From a virus (lineage: Duplodnaviria > Caudoviricetes), in IMG/VR virus record IMGVR_UViG_3300005573_000013, positions 1-51,794 of that record: a stretch of 51,794 nucleotides of DNA, one strand, 5' to 3'. This document shows positions 35,003 to 43,142 of this stretch, piece after piece. The position numbers and the translations under genes are program-made. Numbering within the stretch: position 1 is the first letter of the stretch; every line of letters starts with the position of its first letter. The notes beneath the pieces are model-generated. The model was not told the DNA's origin, made no database searches, and saw nothing but the letters and a program-made list of their open reading frames with translations.

Positions 35003-35031
35003 ATTATATCACTAAAAGAAAAAATTGTAAA
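35003..35031 (-). promoter_or_regulatory. Leftward sigma70 promoter for vsr (near-leaderless mRNA)
   Basis: Minus-strand TTTACA-17-TATAAT with extended TG; -10 ends 9 nt before the ATG. Confidence 0.65.
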
Positions 35032-35054
35032 CAGTTAAAAAGATTGGAAAACGT

Positions 35055-35486
35055 ATGCAACAGAAATACAATAAGGAAGCCGTAAGGGCGTATTTAGAGG
35101 ACGATAAGGACAAGTTAAATAAGATGGTTTTGGAAGCGGAGCCAATCGTGATCTTATTGTTAAGGATTCAAGAGGGAAATTTCTATGAGGATGCCTATGC
35201 CCTTGCGGGAATTCCCGAGTCGACTTTTTATGAATGGAAAAAGAATCATCCGGAGTTTTTGGAGGCAATAAAAAAGGCCGATATCATCTGCAAGTCCTTA
35301 CACATCAAAAACATCAAAAAGCATTCCGATAAGCAGTGGCAGGCATCGGCTTGGTATCTCGAAAGGAGATACCCAAACGAATTCAGGGAACGCAAGGAAT
35401 TCGAGCACAAGGGTAAACTAACTTTGGAGGAGTTTTTAAGTGGAGACGACTTCGATAGAAATGAGACGGGAGCTGATAAGGAATGA
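35055..35486 (+). CDS. terS: Terminase small subunit
   Basis: AGIPESTFYEW HTH, WQASAWYLERRYP; directly upstream of terL. Confidence 0.8.
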   Translation: MQQKYNKEAVRAYLEDDKDKLNKMVLEAEPIVILLLRIQEGNFYEDAYALAGIPESTFYEWKKNHPEFLEAIKKADIICKSLHIKNIKKHSDKQWQASAWYLERRYPNEFRERKEFEHKGKLTLEEFLSGDDFDRNETGADKE

Positions 35487-36843
35487 CGAGAGGCTGTACA
35501 TTGAAAGGGTGCTTGGCAACCGAATATGGTCGAGGCAGGCTGAAATCGTCAAGGCGGTCCAAGAAAACAAGCGGGTGGCGGTCAAAAGTTGCCATAGTTC
35601 TGGAAAGTCTTTCATAGCGGCAAGAATAGCCTTGAAGTTCTTACATTCTTATCCCCATTCGACCGTATTGACGACCGCCCCGACCTGGCGACAGGTCAAT
35701 GATATCCTCTGGAAGGAGATAAACACCGCCTACAACAACGCCAGATACAAACTTCCCGGAACAATGCTTGATGTCCGCTACAATATAGACGAGGACTGGT
35801 TTGGTGTGGGGCTTTCGACGACGGAGTCCGACAAGTTTCAGGGCTATCACTCCAACTACATTCTGGTGATTGTCGACGAGGCAAGCGGCGTTGAGAAGAA
35901 GATTTACGATGCCATTGAGGGAGTGACTTCAACCGGCTTTACGAGAGTCCTTTTAATTGGTAATCCCAACGACCCGACCGGATACTTCGCCGATGCTTTC
36001 AAGTCGCCAATTTGGACCAAGATTACGATAAGCTGCTTTGACACACCGAACTTTAACAGCATCCCGAATCTAGAGGCGTTAAAGAATTCCACCGAGGAAC
36101 AGAGAAGAGAGGCGACCATTTATCCCTACCTGATAACACCCCAGTGGGTTTGGGAAAGGATGCAGGAATGGGGCGAGGATAGTCCGCTCTTTCAGGCAAG
36201 ATGCTTGGGGGAGTTTCCGACCGAATCAACGGATACTTTAATAGCATTGAAATATGCCGAAGCCGCCTTGAGGAATGAAAATCCAAAGGACGGCGATTGG
36301 TTCATTGGTCTTGATGTCGCTCGAATGGGCGACGATAGGACGGCCTTTGTTATTCGTAAGGGAGATGATGTAAAGAGGGTAGAGTGGTTTCAAAAGGAGG
36401 ACACGATGCAGACCGTCGGCAGGGCGATAAACTTTTTACAGGAATATCCGGAAGCCAAGATGAGGATTGATGCCATCGGCGTCGGTGCCGGGGTGGTTGA
36501 CAGGCTAAAGGAATCAGAGTACTCCGACAGGGTTGAGGGGGTGAGTGTCGCCGAGTCCACCGCTTCGGAAGGGGAAATGAAGTATGTCAACATCCGGGCA
36601 AAACTTTATTGGAGATTAAGACAAAAGTTTATGAATGGCGAAATCAGGCTGATTGACAGGGGCACGATAGTGAGCGACTTGACCAACCTGAAGTATCGGT
36701 TCAGGTCAAGCGATGGGGCGGTTCAGATAGAGAGCAAGGAGGAATTAAAAAAACGGGGGTTGAGGAGTCCTGACCTTGCCGACGCCTTGGCACTATCGTA
36801 TGCCGAGGATATCAATCCCCAACCGGATATCTATTTCGTCTAA
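35440..36843 (+). CDS. terL: Terminase large subunit
   Basis: Walker A SCHSSGKS, Walker B VIVDEA, IGNP, GLDVA, DAIGVG, SPDLADA. Confidence 0.95.
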   Translation: METTSIEMRRELIRNDERLYIERVLGNRIWSRQAEIVKAVQENKRVAVKSCHSSGKSFIAARIALKFLHSYPHSTVLTTAPTWRQVNDILWKEINTAYNNARYKLPGTMLDVRYNIDEDWFGVGLSTTESDKFQGYHSNYILVIVDEASGVEKKIYDAIEGVTSTGFTRVLLIGNPNDPTGYFADAFKSPIWTKITISCFDTPNFNSIPNLEALKNSTEEQRREATIYPYLITPQWVWERMQEWGEDSPLFQARCLGEFPTESTDTLIALKYAEAALRNENPKDGDWFIGLDVARMGDDRTAFVIRKGDDVKRVEWFQKEDTMQTVGRAINFLQEYPEAKMRIDAIGVGAGVVDRLKESEYSDRVEGVSVAESTASEGEMKYVNIRAKLYWRLRQKFMNGEIRLIDRGTIVSDLTNLKYRFRSSDGAVQIESKEELKKRGLRSPDLADALALSYAEDINPQPDIYFV

Positions 36844-36847
36844 AGAC

Positions 36848-36875
36848 TTGACAAGACCATTTTTTATGATATAAT
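36848..36875 (+). promoter_or_regulatory. sigma70 promoter of the com-like/head-tail operon
   Basis: TTGACA-16-TATAAT with extended TG. Confidence 0.75.
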
Positions 36876-36886
36876 AGGAGTGAATA

Positions 36887-37051
36887 ATGAACGAATTCCG
36901 CTGTAAGCGATGTGGACATTTGTTGGCCAAAGAAGAAATCATCTTTGGGCAGGTTGAGATAAAGTGTTATGCCTGCAATGAGTTGAATACGATTACGTAT
37001 GATTACAACATTCAACAGACATACACAGCAGAGTTAATTCCAGCAAATTAA
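36887..37051 (+). CDS. Mu Com-like zinc-finger regulator, 54 aa (not in ORF track)
   Basis: MNEFRCKRCGHLLAKEEIIFGQVEIKCYACNELN matches the Com pattern RCxxCxxLL...EIKCxxCxxxN; AGGAG upstream. Confidence 0.8.
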   Translation: MNEFRCKRCGHLLAKEEIIFGQVEIKCYACNELNTITYDYNIQQTYTAELIPAN

Positions 37052-37060
37052 ATAGTTTTA

Positions 37061-37118
37061 GAAGGCTCTCTTGAAGCCCTATTTGAGGACATTAAGTCCC
37101 TGAATAGGGCTTTTTTGT
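37061..37118 (+). terminator. Intrinsic terminator with overlapping alternative hairpin (attenuator 1)
   Basis: GCCCTATT/AATAGGGC plus TTTTTT; the 5' arm overlaps GGCT-CTCTTGA-AGCC. Confidence 0.7.
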
Positions 37119-37148
37119 ATAAAAAAAGGACTAATAACAGGAGTAACA

Positions 37149-38558
37149 ATGACTGAAAAGAAAGAAGAACAAAAGGTGGACTTTAAGACAATTCCCCATA
37201 CCACCGCCTTTGTCGAGGAGATAGAGGAAGATGGGGTAAAGCAGAAGCTGTTTGTGGCCTCCGATGAGGTCGTGGATAGGCAGGGCGAGGTTCTATCTAC
37301 TGATGGTTGGAAACTGGACAATTTTAAGAAAAATCCGGTAATTCTATGGGCTCACAACCAACTTGAACCGGCGATCGGGATAGCCGAGAAAATTGGATTC
37401 AAGACGGTTCAAGGGGTTAAGAAACTGGTCTTTGAGCCGAAGTTTCATCGAAAGTCGGACATATCAAGATTAATCGCTGACTTGGTTGATGAGGGATGGA
37501 TTAAGGCGTCATCGGTTGGTTTCTTGCCGATAGAGCGGGATGACAAGGTTTATAAGAAACAGGAACTTTTGGAAATCTCATTCGTTAATGTTCCGGCTAA
37601 CCAGAATGCTCTTGGATTGGCGTTGAGCAAGGGATATTCACCTGAAGTCATAAAACAGATTATGCCGGATGTTAAGGATGAGGACATTTGCCCGCCACAG
37701 AAGGATGTCGAAGACATCGAGTTTAAGGGAGCAATTCCCTACACCAAGTATCCATTGGCAGATGAGAATGTAGAGTGGGACGCCGGAGCGGAGGTTAGGA
37801 ATGCTGACGTGGACGACCTGAAAAAGATGTGTGCTTGGTATGATTCGGCGAACCCAGACCTTAAGGGTTCATACAAGCTGCCGCATCACCAGTTGAGCGG
37901 TTATAAGACCGTTTGGCGAGGCGTGTCGGCGGCAATGGCAGCTCTGATGGGAGCGAGGGGTGGAGTGCAAATTCCGGACTCGGATCGGATGGGTGTCTAC
38001 AATCACCTTAAGAGACATTATGCCGATTTTGACAAGGAACCGCCAGAATTGAGGACAGCTGACCAGATAATCGAAAAGTATGTTGAGAACAGGTCTGCCG
38101 ACGATTCTGTCAGGGACTTGATTAAGTTGGTCAATACTTATATCGAGGAAGGCAAGGTTGCCGAACTTGGTAAGTCGGTAGAGGAACTGAAGATTGCCAT
38201 AGAGAAGTTTATTGATGATTCAAACAAAGCTAATGCCGAGCAAAAGGCAATCCAAGAGTCAGAAAGAGAAAGCCTTGAGAAAAGAATTAAGGGAATTGAG
38301 CTGAATATCCAGGGATTGTCCGAGGGAATCAAGCCGGGAGACGAGGGCTTGGAAGCAAGGATTGCCGGCATTGAGAGAAATTTTGAAAATCTTACGAGGG
38401 ACATAAAGTCCTTCTTAGATATGCCTGTTAAGGGCACGAATGGTCGAGAACTTAAGTCGGTCGAGGGAGAAGACAAGAAGTCAATGACCCGACGCCACTT
38501 AATCTACAAGGCACTCAATAAAAGTGTTGAGGCCTTAAATCTTTTAGAAAAGGAATAG
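37149..38558 (+). CDS. HK97-type prohead protease fused to an extra domain and a coiled-coil (scaffold-like) tail
   Basis: VDRQGE, NPVILWAH, SSVGF, LLEISFVNVPAN. Confidence 0.9.
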   Translation: MTEKKEEQKVDFKTIPHTTAFVEEIEEDGVKQKLFVASDEVVDRQGEVLSTDGWKLDNFKKNPVILWAHNQLEPAIGIAEKIGFKTVQGVKKLVFEPKFHRKSDISRLIADLVDEGWIKASSVGFLPIERDDKVYKKQELLEISFVNVPANQNALGLALSKGYSPEVIKQIMPDVKDEDICPPQKDVEDIEFKGAIPYTKYPLADENVEWDAGAEVRNADVDDLKKMCAWYDSANPDLKGSYKLPHHQLSGYKTVWRGVSAAMAALMGARGGVQIPDSDRMGVYNHLKRHYADFDKEPPELRTADQIIEKYVENRSADDSVRDLIKLVNTYIEEGKVAELGKSVEELKIAIEKFIDDSNKANAEQKAIQESERESLEKRIKGIELNIQGLSEGIKPGDEGLEARIAGIERNFENLTRDIKSFLDMPVKGTNGRELKSVEGEDKKSMTRRHLIYKALNKSVEALNLLEKE

Positions 38559-38559
38559 G

Positions 38560-39669
38560 ATGGACGAAGACAAAGACAGTTTAGATGAGAAGGTTGAGGA
38601 AGAGGCTGATAAGGAAGCCGAGAAGTTCATGGCCAATATCCAGAAGTTGGTAGAAGCTGAGGTTGAGAAGCTTGTTGGGAAAAAGGAAGAGAAACTTGGA
38701 GATGAGAAAGAGATTACCAAAGAGTCCGTCAAAGAGATGGATGCTCAGACCAGAAGCACGGAGTTTATTCGGGCATTATTGACGAACCAGAAGGAAAAAC
38801 TCCAAGTGCTTTCTGAGGGGACGAATGCCCTTGGTGGATATCTGGTCCCGGCCGTTCTCTACAATCAGATTGTAGAGGAACAGCGGGATGTTGCGGTCAT
38901 CCGTCCACGGGCTACCGTCATTGACCCCTGTCCGAAACAGCTGAACATTGACCAGTTGGCCACCAGACCAAAAGTCTATTGGAGAAGCGAAGCGGCCGTC
39001 AAGTCAACTTCGACGCTTCAATTCAACCAAATCTCCCTTACACCTTATTCATTGGCCGTGATTGTGGTTCTTACTAAAGAGTTGGTCGCCGATGCCCAGA
39101 TTCCGCCTTCAATCATCAATTACGTGATTAACCAGATTGCTACCGCTATTGCCGAAGAAGAGGATAAAGTCTTCATGGTTGGAACCGGATCGGGACAACC
39201 GACGGGGATTGATACTTACTCCTCAACCGTTCACCGCACCGTTACTACCGCTGCTAATGTGCTGACCTATGACTGCTTGGTTGACGCCCTTTACAAGCTT
39301 GGGTCTAAATATCGCAGGAATGCCGTTTGGTTGATGAATTCGAATACCCTCAGGAAGGTGATGCTACTCAAGGACTCGCAGAATAGGCCGATTTTCGTCG
39401 CTGACCCGACGGGTGATTTACCCGGAACCGTTTTGGGACGCCCAGTTCTTGAGCAGAATAACTTGGCAGAATCACACATCTGGCTCATTGACCTTAAGGG
39501 TTACTGGATCGGTGTTCGCGAGGGTATCAACGTGATGCAGTCTGAAGAAGCTTCCGTCGGAGGTTACAGCACATTTGAGCGTAATGAAGTTGCCATCAGG
39601 GTTGAAGAGAGGGTGGATGGTGAGTTAGCCGACCTTGACTGTGCAGTTTGCATTACTGGCACAAACTAA
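38560..39669 (+). CDS. HK97-fold major capsid protein
   Basis: GGYLVP, GTGSGQPTGI, AVWLMN, LKDSQNRP, VLGRPV, RVEERVDG. Confidence 0.95.
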   Translation: MDEDKDSLDEKVEEEADKEAEKFMANIQKLVEAEVEKLVGKKEEKLGDEKEITKESVKEMDAQTRSTEFIRALLTNQKEKLQVLSEGTNALGGYLVPAVLYNQIVEEQRDVAVIRPRATVIDPCPKQLNIDQLATRPKVYWRSEAAVKSTSTLQFNQISLTPYSLAVIVVLTKELVADAQIPPSIINYVINQIATAIAEEEDKVFMVGTGSGQPTGIDTYSSTVHRTVTTAANVLTYDCLVDALYKLGSKYRRNAVWLMNSNTLRKVMLLKDSQNRPIFVADPTGDLPGTVLGRPVLEQNNLAESHIWLIDLKGYWIGVREGINVMQSEEASVGGYSTFERNEVAIRVEERVDGELADLDCAVCITGTN

Positions 39670-39672
39670 CCT

Positions 39673-39758
39673 GATGTCTTGAATACCCTTTGGGAATTGG
39701 TCAAGTTCCGAGGTAATAGCCGGATATTAAGCCAATCCTCGAAGGGATTGAGGACATC
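39673..39758 (+). promoter_or_regulatory. Long stem-loop sequestering the RBS of the connector gene
   Basis: 39673-39700 pairs with 39732-39758, which ends 1 nt before ATG 39759. Confidence 0.6.
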
Positions 39759-40346
39759 ATGTCATTAGTGAGTTATGCCTTAATCTCTTTGGCTGATTTG
39801 AAGGAAGCTTTGAGTATCACCGGAACATCCGATGACGCTCTTTTGACGAACATCATAAATCGGGCGACAGACATAATCGAAAGATACTGTAATGGGCGAA
39901 GGTTTGCCTCAACGACCTACACCAATGAGGAGTATGACGGCACCGGAACTAATTATATCAACTTGAAACATTACCCGATAACAAGCCTGACCGCCTATGA
40001 GAAGAATACTGGAAGCCTTGGTAATCCCAACTGGGAGGCACTTGAAAGCGATTACATTACTTATCTTGGGGATGAGGGACAGGTTTATTACGAACTCGGA
40101 CCGTTTGAGAGGGGTGTAAAAAATTATCGGTTCAGTTATGTCGCCGGCTACTCGACCATTCCCAATGACCTCCAGCAGGCCTGTATTACTTTATGCTCAT
40201 ACTTGAAGAATGTGACTAAAGGGACAGGATTAAGGTCAGAGTCATTGGGGGAATACTCATACACTAAAGAAGAAGATGTGAATGCTACCATTAAGAACTT
40301 GGGATTAGATGAGATACTTGACGTCTATAAGACGCCGGTTATATGA
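39759..40346 (+). CDS. Head-tail connector (gp6-like)
   Basis: SLADLKEAL..DDALL..IERYC..YVAGY..IPNDL..SESLGEYSY. Confidence 0.88.
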   Translation: MSLVSYALISLADLKEALSITGTSDDALLTNIINRATDIIERYCNGRRFASTTYTNEEYDGTGTNYINLKHYPITSLTAYEKNTGSLGNPNWEALESDYITYLGDEGQVYYELGPFERGVKNYRFSYVAGYSTIPNDLQQACITLCSYLKNVTKGTGLRSESLGEYSYTKEEDVNATIKNLGLDEILDVYKTPVI

Positions 40347-40355
40347 GGAGGCACT

Positions 40356-40670
40356 ATCCAATATTTCTTAGATAAGACAATTACCTTGCGTCGGCTGAGG
40401 CACCTTGATGAAAATAGGTCTGTGTTTTCAGCCACGGGAACGGCTGCGGGATACAAGGTTAGTTGGCAGGAGCCGAGTCCGGAAAAGATTGCTCTTTACG
40501 AGGGTGAAATTGGCAAAATGTTTTCGGTATTCGTTGACATATCCTGTCCAGTCCAATCGGGAGACCAAGTGGTCAGGGATTCGGTTCAGTATTCGGTGAG
40601 GGATGTCAAGACGCAGGACTTTGGCTCGATGCAGTATAAACGGCTCATAGTCGTGAAGCAGGACGTATGA
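40356..40670 (+). CDS. Head closure protein (start uncertain: ATC 40356 or TTG 40386)
   Basis: Synteny; VQSGDQV...YSVRDV pattern; SD GAGGAGG at 40345-40351. Confidence 0.7.
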   Translation: MQYFLDKTITLRRLRHLDENRSVFSATGTAAGYKVSWQEPSPEKIALYEGEIGKMFSVFVDISCPVQSGDQVVRDSVQYSVRDVKTQDFGSMQYKRLIVVKQDV

Positions 40671-41116
40671 CGATAAAAGTGGAAATACCCAACTTGCGAA
40701 AGGCACTGGACGCCTTGGCTCAATCTCCCGGAATTATCGGAACGAGACTGAATAACGCCATTAAGAAGTCAATCTACGAGATAGAAAAGGAGGCAAAGCC
40801 GAGAACGCCAGTCGTCACCGGAAGGTTGAGGAGCAGTTATCAAACGGAGTTCAGACCGCTGTATGGAAGTTTAAGTCCGATGGTGAATTACGCGATATAC
40901 GTTCACGAAGGAACGAAGCCGCACATTATAAGCGTCAAGAGGGCGAAGGTTCTGACGGACGGCAAGATATTCTTCGGCAAGGTTGTCCACCATCCCGGCA
41001 CGAAAGCCCAGCCGTTCTTGAGGGAAGGGATAGAGGCATCAATGGATAGTATAAGGAATTATTTTGAGCAGGAAATAAATGCTGGACTTGAGGAGATAGC
41101 AGGGAAAGGAAGTTAA
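40667..41116 (+). CDS. HK97 gp10-like neck protein
   Basis: TPVVTGRLRSS, YAIYVHEGT, HPGTKAQPFL. Confidence 0.9.
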   Translation: MTIKVEIPNLRKALDALAQSPGIIGTRLNNAIKKSIYEIEKEAKPRTPVVTGRLRSSYQTEFRPLYGSLSPMVNYAIYVHEGTKPHIISVKRAKVLTDGKIFFGKVVHHPGTKAQPFLREGIEASMDSIRNYFEQEINAGLEEIAGKGS

Positions 41117-41569
41117 ATGGGTTCAACAGACATCAACAATCTTAAGTCGGTGATAATGAACCGTATTTCGGAAAAGGTTACGACCGTTCAGGATGTTAGT
41201 GATTATGAGAAGACGGGATTTAAGGGCTTTCCGGCAGTGACGGTGGTTTGCTCGGGAAACGAGAACGATTACTGGTCAACAGCGGAAAACCAGCGGCAAT
41301 TCACTTTCATCGTCAGGGTTTATGAGCAGTTGGAGCAGGTTCCGGCGGTTGACGCTGTTTCCGATAATGCGAAACAAAGGGCTGAGGCGATAATTGGTCG
41401 AGTCGTCTCGGAAATCATAGATACATTCGATGAGTTTTTCACATTTAATAATGAGGCTGACTACTGCCGAGCTGTTCCCTCAAGTTGGGGATACGTCAAG
41501 TTAGGAGAAGGCTGGTGTCGAACAGCCGAGATAAAGCTCCAAGTAGTCAAGTCATATACCGTTCAATAA
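41117..41569 (+). CDS. Tail terminator/completion protein
   Basis: Synteny; FPAVTV motif. Confidence 0.7.
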   Translation: MGSTDINNLKSVIMNRISEKVTTVQDVSDYEKTGFKGFPAVTVVCSGNENDYWSTAENQRQFTFIVRVYEQLEQVPAVDAVSDNAKQRAEAIIGRVVSEIIDTFDEFFTFNNEADYCRAVPSSWGYVKLGEGWCRTAEIKLQVVKSYTVQ

Positions 41570-41589
41570 TTTTTTAGAAAGGAGTTACA

Positions 41590-42561
41590 TTGGCTAAGTT
41601 TATTGGTCGCAGAGCGGCCATCGGAATCGGAAAGGAATCTTCAAGGGGAACGGCAGTTGCCCCGACTTATTGGATACCGGCGGCATCCATTGGGTTTGCC
41701 GATAAGGTCGAAAGGGTAGTCCAAGAAGCAGGGTTTGGTCAGATCGCCGACGCCGATTCGTCTTACACCGTCAAACTATTCGGCGAGGGAGAGGTTGAGG
41801 CTGACATCCACGAAAACTGGATTGGTCTTGTCTTGGCGGCATTGGCAGGGGCGGCACCGTCGTCTTCTGGTGGTCCCACTAACTATGTCCATACTTACAC
41901 ACTTCAAAACATCAACAATAAGTTGAGCCTGTCTATTGCTTATCATGACCCGAATCAGAATGTCATTTTTCCATTTGGGATGATTGACTCTCTCAAGATT
42001 GAAGTCAAGCCTGCCTCAATCGCAAGAGCAACAGTTGCCTTTCGTTCGCAGAAGTCGAAGGATTGGGCAACTTTGACTCCGTCTTATACGAACTTGGGGA
42101 ACAAGTATCTCTCAAGGCATTGTGAGTTCAGGTTGGCGGACACCGGAGCTGCATATTCGTCCAACATTGATGCCGCTTCGAAAATCACCCTTGTCTCGCT
42201 GACGCTGACAGTCAACAACAACCTTGCTGATTGGGATACGCTGGGGACAGTGACCCCTTCCGATATTGTTAATCGGCAATTCAGCGTTGATGGGGAGGCG
42301 GAACTGGCCTTCGAGGATTTGACCTACCGCAATTATGTTGTTGATGGGACATACAAGGCCTGCGGTATTAAGTTCAACTATGGCACGAACAACTATCTGG
42401 ATATCAAGATGCCAAAGGTTGACATCCGTAAATGGGAGCCGTCGCTTGACTTGGATGAAGTTGCTACCCAGAAGTTCACATTCAAGGCACTTTATGATAC
42501 TGATAACGCCGTCAATCAAATCGGTGTTTTGACGCTGGCAAATCAAGTGGCAAGTTATTAA
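41590..42561 (+). CDS. Tail tube protein
   Basis: GIGKESSRGTAVAP, YVHTYTL; TTG start after AAAGGAG. Confidence 0.88.
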   Translation: MAKFIGRRAAIGIGKESSRGTAVAPTYWIPAASIGFADKVERVVQEAGFGQIADADSSYTVKLFGEGEVEADIHENWIGLVLAALAGAAPSSSGGPTNYVHTYTLQNINNKLSLSIAYHDPNQNVIFPFGMIDSLKIEVKPASIARATVAFRSQKSKDWATLTPSYTNLGNKYLSRHCEFRLADTGAAYSSNIDAASKITLVSLTLTVNNNLADWDTLGTVTPSDIVNRQFSVDGEAELAFEDLTYRNYVVDGTYKACGIKFNYGTNNYLDIKMPKVDIRKWEPSLDLDEVATQKFTFKALYDTDNAVNQIGVLTLANQVASY

Positions 42562-42568
42562 ATAATAA

Positions 42569-42612
42569 CGGGGGTGGTTGACTTACCTCCGCCACCCCCG
42601 GAAGAGAGGTAA
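42569..42612 (+). promoter_or_regulatory. Putative H-type pseudoknot covering the chaperone SD
   Basis: CGGGGGTGG/CCACCCCCG stem; loop TTACCTC pairs with GAGGTAA 42606-12. Confidence 0.5.
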
Positions 42613-42615
42613 ATT

Positions 42616-42927
42616 ATGGCAAAATTTGTTGTCAAAAAGAGGGTGGACTTGGGATTTTTGGGAGACGACTGGAAGGAATGCTACCTGGAGTTTAACACGC
42701 CGTCCTACGGCGAGGTAAAGGAATTTATTCCCTTGGCCAATGAGAAAGACCAGACGAGGGCCGTTCAGGCGGGACTGGAACTACTGCAGAAACTTTATCT
42801 CGGCGGTAAGGGGTTTGACGGCTCAGCTGTGGTTGATGTTAAGAAGGAAGAGCTTGAAGAACTGCCGGTTGAAGTCCTTACCAAGTCATTCCAGGTAATT
42901 GTGGGAACTCCACCCCCAAACTTGTGA
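42616..42927 (+). CDS. Tail assembly chaperone (G)
   Basis: Between tail tube and tape measure; slippery site at the 3' end. Confidence 0.8.
   Translation: MAKFVVKKRVDLGFLGDDWKECYLEFNTPSYGEVKEFIPLANEKDQTRAVQAGLELLQKLYLGGKGFDGSAVVDVKKEELEELPVEVLTKSFQVIVGTPPPNL
42915..42921 (+). other. -1 programmed frameshift heptamer C CCA AAC
   Basis: X XXY YYZ in frame; the -1 frame is the 42924-43142 ORF. Confidence 0.75.
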
Positions 42928-43142
42928 GGGCGTTGGAAGACGCCATTTTAAGGGATTCGGATACTGTCCCGATGGAGATAATCGAGTTTTTTTATAGGAA
43001 AGAATTTAACCTATCTTATAAGGAACTTTTAGAAGAGCCAATGGAAAAGTTTCAAATAAATTTAGAAATTATGCGACTTAGAAATTTGAGAGAAAAAATG
43101 GAAATGCAAGAAATTGAAAAAAAATCAAGGAGAAATAAATAG
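42924..43142 (+). CDS. Tail assembly chaperone T segment (GT fusion)
   Basis: -1 frame relative to G; no SD; precedes the tape measure. Confidence 0.75.
   Translation: MRALEDAILRDSDTVPMEIIEFFYRKEFNLSYKELLEEPMEKFQINLEIMRLRNLREKMEMQEIEKKSRRNK

Noticed and set aside
40344-40346. Genetic code 25 (TGA = Gly)
   Set aside because: Many genes end in TGA with ATGA coupling, and conserved proteins show no internal TGA
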